Origin: Thermodesulfobacteriota bacterium
GTDB lineage: Bacteria > Desulfobacterota_D > UBA1144 > Nemesobacterales > Mycalebacteriaceae
Direction: 5' to 3'
DNA: 64,000 nt
Assembly: GCA_965205855.1 (NCBI GenBank)
Contig: OZ242184.1
Coordinates: 736,001-800,000, forward strand
Both the position numbers and the translations under genes were made by a program. Position 1 is the stretch's first letter, and every line of letters starts with the position of its first letter. Below the pieces are notes generated by a model, which did no database searches, was not told the origin of the DNA, and was given only the letters and a program-made list of their open reading frames with translations. Positions 11,571-21,343 of the stretch are shown piece after piece.

Positions 11571-12950
11571 TTATTTTTCTCCTTTTTTTGGCAATGCGGC
11601 GGAGTCAGGTGAAATTCCGCCCGTTTTAACTTTGACCTTGATTTTCAGCCCTTTCTCTTTTCCCACAACAACAACCTCTTTTCCCTTTGCAAGAGAGTCG
11701 CCGCTTTCGGCTTTCCAATACTCACCGCCGACAAATACTATACCCTTGCTTCCATGCCAGTCAACAACTCTGCCTTCTCTGCCTTCGGTTGGTCCTTCTC
11801 CTCCCAGATAGGAAATTTTTGAGGAACGCACAATTGAGTAAACCACAAACGCGAAAAACATCCCGAAAGTGGCTCCCACTGTCGCAAGGATCTCGTAGCT
11901 TACCCTCAGCCCTCCGGTTTGTCCCGTATCAAAAAGCAGAATTCCTCCCGCAAGAAGCGATATGATTCCGGCAATCGCCAACAGACCGTAACTTGTCATG
12001 AAAATTTCAAGAACCATAAGCGCCGACCCTGTTGCTATAAGCCCAAGTCCGGCGTAATTAAACGGAAGCATTTGAAGCGAAGTGAAGGCGATTATCAATG
12101 ATATTACCCCGACAACACCGGGGAACACGCTTCCCGGATTGTAGATTTCCATCAAGATCCCTATGGAGCCTAGCGATAAAAGCAGGTAGGCGATGTTGGG
12201 CGAACCGAGAATGTTTCCCAACTTCTGGCGGGTCGTCATCCTGTGCGTGAAGATTTTTGCTCCCGATGTTGAAAGTTTTTTTGTTCCGTCGCGGACTTTG
12301 ACCGAGAGTCCGTCAACTTTTTCCAGCAGCTCGCCGATATTCGGCGCCGTGAGGTCGGCTATGTTGTTTCTGACCGCATATTCCCATGTTACGGACGAGC
12401 TCTCTGTTACCGCTTTAACAGCCCATTTTTCGTTGCGGTTTCTCTGTCGCGCAATGCTTTTAATATAGGATGAAGCGAAATTTTCTATTTTTTCTCCCGC
12501 CTTCCCTTCCCGTACTTTGCCTTTTGCCGTAACGGGATGAGCGGCTCCTATGCTTGTTCCGGGAGCCATTGCCGCCACATGGGACGCAAGAACTATAAAA
12601 GCGCCCGCCGATGTTGCGCTTGCTCCAGACGGTGCTACGTAAGAGATAACGGGAACTTCAGAGTTTAGAATGTTTTTGACTATTTCCTTTGTGGAAACCA
12701 GCAATCCGCCGGGAGTGTCAATAATTATTACAACGGCTTCGGCTTTCTTCTTATCGGCTTTGTCTATTGCCGTTTTGATAAAATCTTCGGAAAAGGGGTT
12801 GATGGTTCCGTTGATAGTTGCGACAACCACTGTTTTTTGCGGGATTTCAATTTTGTCTTCGGAGGCGGTGCACTCCCCCGCCCCGACAAGTAATACGAAC
12901 AGCACGGTAGAGTATAAGAGAGTTAAAATCTTTGATGTCTTGCCACGCAT
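11571..12950 (-). CDS. nfeD: NfeD long-form membrane-bound serine protease (ClpP-like), partner of the SPFH protein
   Basis: [27 protein letters not shown] region, C-terminal OB fold GEYWKA; upstream of the SPFH gene. Confidence 0.9.
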   Translation of the reverse strand: MRGKTSKILTLLYSTVLFVLLVGAGECTASEDKIEIPQKTVVVATINGTINPFSEDFIKTAIDKADKKKAEAVVIIIDTPGGLLVSTKEIVKNILNSEVPVISYVAPSGASATSAGAFIVLASHVAAMAPGTSIGAAHPVTAKGKVREGKAGEKIENFASSYIKSIARQRNRNEKWAVKAVTESSSVTWEYAVRNNIADLTAPNIGELLEKVDGLSVKVRDGTKKLSTSGAKIFTHRMTTRQKLGNILGSPNIAYLLLSLGSIGILMEIYNPGSVFPGVVGVISLIIAFTSLQMLPFNYAGLGLIATGSALMVLEIFMTSYGLLAIAGIISLLAGGILLFDTGQTGGLRVSYEILATVGATFGMFFAFVVYSIVRSSKISYLGGEGPTEGREGRVVDWHGSKGIVFVGGEYWKAESGDSLAKGKEVVVVGKEKGLKIKVKVKTGGISPDSAALPKKGEK

Positions 12951-12980
12951 TGCTTAAGGAAATATAATAACCGTCCGCCA

Positions 12981-13640
12981 ATGAACAACAATGACCAACC
13001 TTCCGGTTCTCCTGACTCGGCTTCCCAAAGCGGAAAACTTTCAGCCGTGATTTCCATCGCGGAGAAAATTTATGACCGTATCCTGTCAATGGGTGGCCTT
13101 GCCGCCGTTGCGGTTTTTCTTGTTCCGGTTGCGGGTGTTTTGCTGTATGCGGTTTTCGTTGATTCGCGGGAGAAAGTTCTTCTTGAAGGAAATAGAAAAA
13201 TGGGTGCCGCCATTGTCGCATATGAAGAAGGCAAAGTGGATGAATCTCTTCGGATTCTAGAAGAGATCAGAAGTGATTTTCCTAAACTCGAAATCGCGGA
13301 AGTCGCGGAGTATTACGAGGGGGCAGTTCTGTTCGGATTGGAAGAGGACTCGGAGTCTCTTGAGCGCATGGAGAGTTTCCTTTTGGGCTCTTCCGACACG
13401 ATTCTCAATTCCGAAGCAGTTTTCATGGCTGGGGTTTCAAGTTTTCGTCTTCAAAAATGGGAAAAGGCCGCAACGTATTTTGAAAGGCTGGCCGCGCTTA
13501 GGGGAACTCCTTATGAAGCGAGGGTTCTCCCTTTTCTCGTAACCGTTTATACTAAAACCGGAAATACGGAAAAGGCGGAATCGGTTTACGCCCGTTTTAT
13601 CAATTCTCTTCCCGAAGCCGATACGGAAACTTCAAAATAA
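12981..13640 (+). CDS. Membrane-anchored TPR protein (YfgM/BamD/CpoB-like)
   Basis: One TM segment followed by TPR-like helical repeats (AEYYEGAVLF, AVFMAGVSSF...WEKAATYFE, AESVYARFI). Confidence 0.7.
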   Translation: MNNNDQPSGSPDSASQSGKLSAVISIAEKIYDRILSMGGLAAVAVFLVPVAGVLLYAVFVDSREKVLLEGNRKMGAAIVAYEEGKVDESLRILEEIRSDFPKLEIAEVAEYYEGAVLFGLEEDSESLERMESFLLGSSDTILNSEAVFMAGVSSFRLQKWEKAATYFERLAALRGTPYEARVLPFLVTVYTKTGNTEKAESVYARFINSLPEADTETSK

Positions 13641-13678
13641 TTCCCCGGAATAATTTCTTGGGTTTCCTCAAGTCCGGC

Positions 13679-13945
13679 TCAAGACATGTGATTTTTTATA
13701 ATGAAGTCCACTCTGGTTTCATGATATAACAGGACATCAGTCAGGATGGATTTGACAAGTTTCTCCGTTTTTACAACGGAGCGTTTCCTCATCTCTTTTG
13801 TTATTAACTCTATGAGCCTGTTAAAATCTTCTTTTCTTGAGGGGGGTATTATTTCATTGTCGGCGATGTCAAAGGCTTTTGACACTATCTCTCCAAGTGC
13901 GATGAGTTTGTCTATGTCTTTTTCGTTTCCGGAAAATTTTTTCAT
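13679..13945 (-). CDS. Hypothetical 88-aa helical protein
   Basis: ORF from ATG 13945 (MKKFSGNEKDIDKL...) fills the gap after tRNA-Leu. The track's 13987 start lies inside the tRNA. Confidence 0.6.
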   Translation of the reverse strand: MKKFSGNEKDIDKLIALGEIVSKAFDIADNEIIPPSRKEDFNRLIELITKEMRKRSVVKTEKLVKSILTDVLLYHETRVDFIIKNHMS

Positions 13946-13955
13946 AAGGTAAATC

Positions 13956-14038
13956 TGCCGAAGGGGGGACTCGAACCCCCACGCCACAAGGGCACTACCC
14001 CCTCAAGATAGCGCGTCTGCCAATTCCGCCACTTCGGC
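13956..14038 (-). tRNA. tRNA-Leu(GAG)
   Basis: GCCGAAGTGGCGGAATTGGCAGACGCGCTATCTT-GAG-GGGGTAG...GTTCGAGTCCCCCCTTCGGCA. Long variable arm; CCA not encoded. Confidence 0.96.
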
Positions 14039-14067
14039 TTACAGTTCGGGATTGTATCACAAAGATA

Positions 14068-15300
14068 TTAAGCTCCAAATTTTGCAAGCCGCCCGGCATG
14101 AGCGAGGGCGAGTGGCATTATCTCAACGGACCTTATTGTTCCAAGCTCTCCCGTGCGGCAATCCTTTTCGTTGAAGCCGCCTGCGCCTCCGATGCTGTGG
14201 CGTGATTTTATCAAAAGCGGAACCGGATGCCAGCTGTGGGACGACATCAGCGCCGGAGTTGAGTGGTCGCCGGTTATTATCAGAACATCGGGTTTCAGCC
14301 CGACAAGCCGCGGGAGCAGTTTGTCAAACTCACTTATGGCTTTTGCTTTTTCTCTGAAATTGCCGTCTTCTCCATACCTGTCAGTGGATTTGACATGCAT
14401 ATACACAAAATCAAAATCCGGGAAAATCTTTTCCACTCCGCCGACAATTTGCTTCACTTCTCCTCTTTCGGGACCGCACATTTCCATTCCTATAATTCCC
14501 GCAATGCCGCGGTACATCGGATATGCAGCGACGCACGCCGCCCGTAAACGGTATGTCTCACCGAATGGCTTGATTTTCGGCAATGTGGAAAATCCCCTGA
14601 GCAGTATGAAGTTCGCGTTTTTTCTGTTTTTAAGAATCTCACGCGTTTTTTCTGTGAATTGCTGGACAGTGCGCGCCGCAGAGACGGTTTTTTTGTCCCT
14701 GCGATCAGTTCTTGCGACAAGAGGAGAACCTCCTTCTTTCTGTGGGTCTGTGTCGCAAATATGTTCTCCGCCCGGCACCGGATGAGGAAATGTGAACACA
14801 ACGACAAATCTGTGTTCCAATCCGGGGTATATTCGTATTTTGACTTTTCCTATTTTTTTAATTGAATCTGATATTTTCTTAACCAGCGCGGCGCTTTGTT
14901 TTGTTGATATTCTTCCGGCTCTCCTGTCCGTAAGGATGGGGTTGTTATCTTTGATTTCAATATTTGCGAAGTTGCCCCTTGCTACCAAATCGTTTTTGCC
15001 CGGTTTTATGTCCAGACCCGTGGCTTCCAAAATTCCCCTGCCAACTTTGACTGACAATGGGTCGTATCCGAAAAGCCCCAGATGCGCGGCTCCGCTACCC
15101 GGAGTGATCCCCTGAGCGACAGGTATGTGGAAGCCGCACGAAGATGCGCGGGCGATTTTATCAAGGTTGGGAGTTTTTGCGCTTTCCAGTTCGGTTTTTC
15201 CTTTTTGCGGTAGCCCGCCAAGCCCGTCAAGCACACACATTATAATTTTGGAATTCGACTCTAAAGAAAGTTTCTCAACAACCGTGCGTATATCAGACAA
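14068..15300 (-). CDS. apgM: 2,3-bisphosphoglycerate-independent phosphoglycerate mutase, archaeal ApgM type
   Basis: VLDGLGG, KTELESAKTPNLD, PGSGAAHLGLFGYDP, DRRAGRI, YPMYRG, TGDHSTP, HSWHPVP. Confidence 0.92.
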   Translation of the reverse strand: MSDIRTVVEKLSLESNSKIIMCVLDGLGGLPQKGKTELESAKTPNLDKIARASSCGFHIPVAQGITPGSGAAHLGLFGYDPLSVKVGRGILEATGLDIKPGKNDLVARGNFANIEIKDNNPILTDRRAGRISTKQSAALVKKISDSIKKIGKVKIRIYPGLEHRFVVVFTFPHPVPGGEHICDTDPQKEGGSPLVARTDRRDKKTVSAARTVQQFTEKTREILKNRKNANFILLRGFSTLPKIKPFGETYRLRAACVAAYPMYRGIAGIIGMEMCGPERGEVKQIVGGVEKIFPDFDFVYMHVKSTDRYGEDGNFREKAKAISEFDKLLPRLVGLKPDVLIITGDHSTPALMSSHSWHPVPLLIKSRHSIGGAGGFNEKDCRTGELGTIRSVEIMPLALAHAGRLAKFGA

Positions 15301-16090
15301 CTGTTTTATCTCCCGTTTTCCTTAATTCAAAACTTACTCCGTCTTTGGCGGGTTCCACGTTTTCGGGAAGACTTTTCTTTAATTCACAATAGTCCATGTC
15401 GCAACTCATGTGTGTCAGAAAAACTTTTTTGGGAAGAATGATCCCTATCTGTTCCAGGGTTTGGTTAAGGTTGAAGTGCGACTGATGAGGTCTGTATCTA
15501 AGTGCGCCGATTATCAGAACCTCAAGATTGAAAAGTTTTTCCATTGTTTCCTCGGGAATTCCGTTGCAGTCTGTCAGATAAGCAAAATTTCCAATTCTAT
15601 AACCCAGAATCTTCCATGAACCGTGCATAATTTCCAGAGGAATAATTCGAGTTTGCCCTATGGAAAACTCTCCGTCTATTTCATTCAGATGAAGGTTCGG
15701 TTTCAGTTGTCCTGGGCTTTTGCCGCCAAATATATAACCAAAGTTTTCTCTCAAGTTTGCTGCGGTTGCGGAGTTCGCATAGCATTCTATTGTCTGTCTT
15801 CCAAAGCGTGTGAACGGTTTCAAATCATCTATACCGTTTGTATGGTCGGCGTGTGAATGCGTGTATAAAACTGCGTCTATTTGAGAAAAGCCTTCGCGCA
15901 AAGCCTGCAACCTCAAATCTGGAGATGTGTCTATAAGAATGTTAATCCCTCCGGTTTCCACAAACACCGAACTGCGTGTGCGGAAGTTTTCCTCCTTTCC
16001 GGAGACGCAGGTCTGGCAGTCACATCCTATGATTGGAACTCCGGTTGATGCCGCGCACCCGAGAACAGTTACTTTTAAAGAACAGTCCAA
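15293..16090 (-). CDS. Metallo-beta-lactamase-fold phosphodiesterase (PhnP-like)
   Basis: LGCAASTGVPIIGCDCQTC, IDTSPDLRLQ, THSHADH (HxHxDH), YLTD, THMS. The start is probably TTG 16090; the track's longer N-terminus overlaps polX. Confidence 0.9.
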   Translation of the reverse strand: MDCSLKVTVLGCAASTGVPIIGCDCQTCVSGKEENFRTRSSVFVETGGINILIDTSPDLRLQALREGFSQIDAVLYTHSHADHTNGIDDLKPFTRFGRQTIECYANSATAANLRENFGYIFGGKSPGQLKPNLHLNEIDGEFSIGQTRIIPLEIMHGSWKILGYRIGNFAYLTDCNGIPEETMEKLFNLEVLIIGALRYRPHQSHFNLNQTLEQIGIILPKKVFLTHMSCDMDYCELKKSLPENVEPAKDGVSFELRKTGDKTVV

Positions 16091-16163
16091 CTGGCTTTTC
16101 CACCGTCTTGCGGATAAATCCGCTTGCAAATAAAATATATACTGAAAACAAAGGTCTTTACAT

Positions 16164-17864
16164 ATGGGCACGAACTGCCAAATAGCGCGTTTATTTTCGG
16201 AAATAGCCTTAATGCTTGAAATCTGCGACTCAAATCCCTTCAAGATAAGAGCGTATAAAAACGTTGCCGATTCGATAAGCGGAATGGAAACAGACCTGTC
16301 AGATATGTCCGAGGCCGGTCGGAATTTTACTGAAATCAAGGGGATAGGAAAAGACATTTCATTAAAAATAAAGGAGTTTTTTGATACGGGAAGCATTGAA
16401 TACCACGCGCAACTGCGCTCCGAAGTTGGGGACGACGTGCTTGAATTGCTGAAAATCAGAGGTGTCGGCGTTAAAATGGCGCGTCTTTTTTCCGATTCGG
16501 GCATAAGCTGTGTTGATGAACTTGAGCGCCGCCTGAAAAGCGGCTCTCTCAATAAAATTCAGGGAATCGGAGGTAAAAAAGCACAGGCGATACTGGAAGC
16601 AGTTGATTTTTACAAGAGCAATCTTTCGGTTTACGGTCTTGGCAGGGCTCTTTCAGTCGCCCGTACTTTATGCGAAGAGATTTCCCTGATTGACGGAGTT
16701 TGTGATGTTCGCCCCATCGGGGGCCTGAGGAGAATGCGAGAAACTGTTGCAGAAATAGAACTGCTTGTGTCACTTGCAAGCGACAAGAATGCTTCCTACT
16801 TGTCTTTGTTTTTCAACAGCCTCTCAACCCTTTCGCATATAAAAAGCGTTGAGCGGGATGCGGAGGAACCGAAGGCAGTTCTTAGCACTAAATTTGAGAT
16901 AAGAACGGTTGTTTATGCAACGCCGCACCGGGATTTTATTTTCAATCTTGTGAAACTCACGGGTTCGAAATCCCACTGGGAAAAACTTCTCTCCGTAAAA
17001 AAAGACGAATTTCCACTCTCTTCAGGTGGCGAAAAGGATTTTTATCGCGCCTTGGGGCTTTCGTTTATTCCTCCCGAACTCAGGGAAGACAGAGGAGAAA
17101 TTGAAGCCGCAAAGAGGGGCGCCCTTCCTGAGCTTGTTGAGTTGACGGATATAAGGGGCGACCTCCACACCCATACAAGCTGGAGTGACGGCAAGAATTC
17201 TGTTGAGCAAATGGCGGTCAGAGCCAGAGAAATGGGATATGAATACATCGCGTTGACGGACCATTCCCCCTCTTCGGCCGTGGCGAACGGTCTGAGCGCC
17301 GAAAGACTTGCCCGGAAGATTGAGGAAGTTAGGAAGGTCAATTTCTGTCTGGATAAAATAGAGGTTCTGACAGGCGCGGAGGTTGATATAAAACCGGACG
17401 GCTCTCTGGACTATCCGGACGAAGTTCTTTCCGAGTTGGATTTTGTTGTGGTATCAGTTCACAGTTCCTTTTCCATGGAGCCGGATTTGATGGCAAAACG
17501 GATTACCCGAGCCCTTGAGAACCCTTTTGTTCATGCTCTGGGACACCCGACCGCGAGAATTATAGGCAAACGCGCGCCGTGCCGGATGGATATGGAGAAA
17601 GTTATGGATGCCGCCGCCCAAAACGGCAAATGCCTTGAAATAAACTCCTCGTGTCAAAGACTTGACCTTAAGGACGAGCACGTGAGCCTTGCCCTTGAAA
17701 AAGGGGTCGATCTTATAATCTCAACCGATGCCCATTCGGTTAAACAGCTTGGCACAATGGTGTGTGGGGTTGCCGTTGCAAGGCGCGGCTGGGCGCAGCG
17801 GACGGATTTTCTCAACACTTTGCCACTGAAGGATTTGCTTGCACGTTTGAAGGATGACAGATGA
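16164..17864 (+). CDS. polX: Family X DNA polymerase/PHP exonuclease with a non-canonical polymerase site
   Basis: NPFKIRAY, HhH motifs (IKGIG, IRGVG, IQGIG), LRRMRET, TGS, IPPELRE; PHP motifs DLHTHT, TDHS, EVDI, HP, TDAH. Confidence 0.93.
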   Translation: MGTNCQIARLFSEIALMLEICDSNPFKIRAYKNVADSISGMETDLSDMSEAGRNFTEIKGIGKDISLKIKEFFDTGSIEYHAQLRSEVGDDVLELLKIRGVGVKMARLFSDSGISCVDELERRLKSGSLNKIQGIGGKKAQAILEAVDFYKSNLSVYGLGRALSVARTLCEEISLIDGVCDVRPIGGLRRMRETVAEIELLVSLASDKNASYLSLFFNSLSTLSHIKSVERDAEEPKAVLSTKFEIRTVVYATPHRDFIFNLVKLTGSKSHWEKLLSVKKDEFPLSSGGEKDFYRALGLSFIPPELREDRGEIEAAKRGALPELVELTDIRGDLHTHTSWSDGKNSVEQMAVRAREMGYEYIALTDHSPSSAVANGLSAERLARKIEEVRKVNFCLDKIEVLTGAEVDIKPDGSLDYPDEVLSELDFVVVSVHSSFSMEPDLMAKRITRALENPFVHALGHPTARIIGKRAPCRMDMEKVMDAAAQNGKCLEINSSCQRLDLKDEHVSLALEKGVDLIISTDAHSVKQLGTMVCGVAVARRGWAQRTDFLNTLPLKDLLARLKDDR

Positions 17865-19912
17865 AAATGACCTATTCTTTTTCAAAAAGCCGTGCGCGCG
17901 GAGACATTGCCAAACTGAGAAAAGAAATAGAGAGGCACAACCGTCTCTACTATGAAGAAAACAGTCCGGAGATATCGGATTTTGAGTATGACAGACTTCT
18001 CAAATCTCTTGTGGAGATAGAAGAAAAATATCCCGATCTGGCTTTGCCAGACTCTCCCTCCCGCAAAGTCGGAGGAAAGGTTTCCGCAGGGTTCAAACCG
18101 TTGTCCCATATGAAGAAAATGTTGAGCATAAGCAACATATCCGCCGACAGGGAGGAAGACAACCGCCTCGAGAAGGCACGCGTTTTTAACAAAAGGGTCT
18201 CCAAAGAGTCACAAATCCCAGTTTTTTACACCACACAAATAAAATTTGATGGTGTTTCCGCCTCAATTATTTATGAAAATGGCATATTTGCCCGTGCGGC
18301 GACAAGGGGCGACGGCGCTGTCGGAGAGGAAATTACGGAGAATGTCCGGACAATAGATTCCGTTCCAAAATCTTTCGCGGACAGGAAGTCGGTGCCCGAT
18401 ATTGTTGAGGTTCGCGGTGAGGTGATAATCCTGCTTGATAATTTCAAAAAATTGAATGAAAAAGTGGAAAAATCCGAAGGCATCGTTTTTGCAAATCCGA
18501 GAAATGCGGCAGCGGGTTCGCTGAGGCAGATTGACCCGACTGTCACTTCTTCCCGTCCTCTAAATTTTTTCGCATGGGGAATCGGCCATATATCAGGTCT
18601 TGGCTTGCCTGATGAAACCACGGTTTTCAAAACACTTGAGAGTTGGGGATTTCAAACCGGAGGTGAGACGCATCTGTGTAGCGATATTGACGCCGCGGTT
18701 GAATTTTGTTGTGAGATTGAAAAAAAGAGAGAAAAGCTCGGTTACGATGCGGACGGGGTTGTAATAAAGGTGAATGATATAAGTCTTCAGCGCCGGCTTG
18801 GAGAGACTGCGAGATATCCGCGCTGGTGTATCGCATACAAGTTCAAGCCCCGACACCGTGAGACAATCCTGAAGGAAATAACCGTTCAAGTGGGCAGAAC
18901 CGGGGTTTTAACTCCGGTTGCGGAGCTTGAACCGATCAATATAGGCGGAGTAACTGTTAGCAGGGCATCGCTTCATAACGCGGATTTGGTAGCTAAAAAA
19001 GACATACGTGTCGGCGACACCGTGGTTGTCCAAAGAGCCGGAGATGTTATACCCGAGGTTGTTCAAGTTGTGAAAAAAAACCGTTTAAGCACCGGTTCCA
19101 AACCTTTTCAATGGCCTGTTGACTGTCCATCTTGCGGAACCCGGTTGCCGGGCGACGGTGCAATCTGCCGGGGAGCTTCCTGCCCGCGACAGCTGGAACA
19201 GAGCGTCGCTCACCTCGCCTCGCGCGGGGCCTTTAATATCAAGGGGCTTGGAGGTAGAACAATCTCAGCCCTTGTTGAGAAAGGGATGGTGAAAGACATA
19301 GCAGATGTATTTTCTCTTACAAAGGAGAATTTTACGCTTCTGGACGGATTTGCCAAAAAGTCATCTCTGGAACTTGAGACCGAAATAAACAAGAAGAAGA
19401 AAATTGACCTTGGCATTTTTATCTACGCACTTGGCATAAATAATGTCGGTCGACAGATTGCTGAAATTCTTGCCGCCAATTTTCCATCCGTTGAGAAGTT
19501 TTTTGCCGCCACAAATGATGAGTTGTTTTCAATCAGAGGATTGGGGGAAAAAACTGCACAATACATTACGGAATTTACCCATGGGAAAACGGGTGTTGAA
19601 CTCAAAGATAAAATGCTGAATCTTGGAGTGGAGATAAAACGCAGGGAACCGCCACGGAATCAAAAAGGCGCCGCTGCGGGTAAAAGTTTTGCAATTACCG
19701 GAAAGCTTCAAACAAGACGCTCGGACGTGCGGGAAGCCATATTTCGCGCTGGCGGAATTGCTGTCTCATCGGTATCCTCAAAAACGGACTATCTTGTCGT
19801 GGGGGCAGCGCAGGATTCGGGGAAAGGGAAAAAATTGAGGGATGGAAAACGCAATAATGTTAAAGTGATAGACGAAAAAACTTTGAGAAAGATGCTTGGT
19901 CTCTCAGGATGA
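17861..19912 (+). CDS. ligA: NAD+-dependent DNA ligase
   Basis: ISDFEYD, KFDG, TRGDG, EVRGEV, NPRNAAAGSLRQ, DGVVIK, QVGRTG, RAGDVIP, Zn finger, HhH, BRCT. Confidence 0.96.
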   Translation: MKMTYSFSKSRARGDIAKLRKEIERHNRLYYEENSPEISDFEYDRLLKSLVEIEEKYPDLALPDSPSRKVGGKVSAGFKPLSHMKKMLSISNISADREEDNRLEKARVFNKRVSKESQIPVFYTTQIKFDGVSASIIYENGIFARAATRGDGAVGEEITENVRTIDSVPKSFADRKSVPDIVEVRGEVIILLDNFKKLNEKVEKSEGIVFANPRNAAAGSLRQIDPTVTSSRPLNFFAWGIGHISGLGLPDETTVFKTLESWGFQTGGETHLCSDIDAAVEFCCEIEKKREKLGYDADGVVIKVNDISLQRRLGETARYPRWCIAYKFKPRHRETILKEITVQVGRTGVLTPVAELEPINIGGVTVSRASLHNADLVAKKDIRVGDTVVVQRAGDVIPEVVQVVKKNRLSTGSKPFQWPVDCPSCGTRLPGDGAICRGASCPRQLEQSVAHLASRGAFNIKGLGGRTISALVEKGMVKDIADVFSLTKENFTLLDGFAKKSSLELETEINKKKKIDLGIFIYALGINNVGRQIAEILAANFPSVEKFFAATNDELFSIRGLGEKTAQYITEFTHGKTGVELKDKMLNLGVEIKRREPPRNQKGAAAGKSFAITGKLQTRRSDVREAIFRAGGIAVSSVSSKTDYLVVGAAQDSGKGKKLRDGKRNNVKVIDEKTLRKMLGLSG

Positions 19913-21238
19913 TTATTCTTTCCTCTTTATTGCCTCTTCAATATTTTGCGTGATACGTGTTTTTACCCAGAAAGGGTCCCACCACTCAATTGGCAAGACC
20001 GGATTCCCGCCCACATAGATTCCAAAGTGCAGATGGTCTCCAAACGCGAGTCCGGTTGCTCCGGTATTGCCTATTCTGTCTCCTTTGGAGACCGTATCGC
20101 CTCTTTTCACGGCCATAGAACTCAGGTGTGAGTACAATGTCGCGACTCCCATTCCGTGGTCCACTATCAGAGTGTTCCCGTATATTCCCAGGTCATCGGC
20201 AAATATAACAATGCCATTGTTTGAGGCGCGAACCGGATTCTTTTTTCGAGAGGCTATGTCGTAGCCGAGATGGAACTGTTTGTCTATCAACTCGCCTTTA
20301 AACAGATAGTCCCTTTCTTCAAACCCGGACTGCAATGACCCTACGGGTCTGATAAACTGCCCTTCCCACATTATTTTATTTGCCGTCTCGGAAAGGACTT
20401 TGGTGATTTTTGTTTTATTTACGGAGCGGATTTGACTGTTGACCAGAAGAAAAGCGTCTTTGAAAGAAGTTTTTTCAAGTGAGCTTAAAAGGGGGAGTAT
20501 CTTCATTTTGATAAATTTTTCGGTTATTTCAATATTCTGTTTCTGAAAATTTCTTCCCCTGATGGAATAGTCTAGGGGAAGATTCCTTGTGTTACCTATT
20601 TCATCTTTTGCCGTGACAAGAACCGTTTCGCCTTCGGGCAGGTCATACGGGTAGGAAAAGAAGGATATATGGATGTTTTCATCGGTCTGTCCGCTGTTGA
20701 AAGCCGCTTTGTGTCCCTTGAAGAATCGGTCTCCGATTTTTATGCCGCTTTTCAGGGTATCACTTGAGACTTTGTAAACGGCAATCCCCGAACCTGCGTG
20801 CGATATATTGTCAGTTGACGATATAACCGTTATTTTCGGAGGAGACAGGTCTGCTACAATGTCTTTTGTTTTGTTTACGGATGTTTCGCTGAATTTTAGA
20901 CTTTTAAGACCCCTGTATGATGTTGCCGTCGCCTTGATTTGCGCGGGGCCGTCTTCAATCCCAGCAAACGGACTCAACGAAACATTGACGATATCATCTT
21001 TGATTCCTTCGGGATATTGTTTGTTTTTCAGCAAAAGGGTTTTGCCTTGCGCGGAGTAAGAAATCTGGATGTTTTTGAGTCCCTTGCCGACCCCGGAAAA
21101 TTTTATCTCAAACGGTTTTGTTCCAACGGTAGTGGATTGCTGCATGAACTTAATTGAGGTTTTTGTGAAGCAAGAGCGTAAGGTGAACCCCATTGCCAGA
21201 AGCACAAAGATTATTAGCAAAAAACCCTTTTTTGTCAT
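19913..21238 (-). CDS. M23 family metallopeptidase with N-terminal membrane anchor
   Basis: HLGYD, GNTLIVDHG, YSHLS, GDHLHF. Confidence 0.9.
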   Translation of the reverse strand: MTKKGFLLIIFVLLAMGFTLRSCFTKTSIKFMQQSTTVGTKPFEIKFSGVGKGLKNIQISYSAQGKTLLLKNKQYPEGIKDDIVNVSLSPFAGIEDGPAQIKATATSYRGLKSLKFSETSVNKTKDIVADLSPPKITVISSTDNISHAGSGIAVYKVSSDTLKSGIKIGDRFFKGHKAAFNSGQTDENIHISFFSYPYDLPEGETVLVTAKDEIGNTRNLPLDYSIRGRNFQKQNIEITEKFIKMKILPLLSSLEKTSFKDAFLLVNSQIRSVNKTKITKVLSETANKIMWEGQFIRPVGSLQSGFEERDYLFKGELIDKQFHLGYDIASRKKNPVRASNNGIVIFADDLGIYGNTLIVDHGMGVATLYSHLSSMAVKRGDTVSKGDRIGNTGATGLAFGDHLHFGIYVGGNPVLPIEWWDPFWVKTRITQNIEEAIKRKE

Positions 21239-21343
21239 TTGGAAGTTTATGGTGTTTCTTTTTAAGCTGTTATTCAGGCACTATAGTACATCCGTGATTG
21301 GTCGTTGTAAAGTTTTCAGGACAGTTTCCACGGATATTGGCAT

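Noticed and set aside
13946-13987. Track ORF 13679..13987 N-terminal extension
   Set aside because: It reads through tRNA-Leu; the real start is ATG 13945.
16091-16552. 419-aa version of the MBL hydrolase
   Set aside because: The extension is antisense to polX; the family N-terminus begins near 16090.
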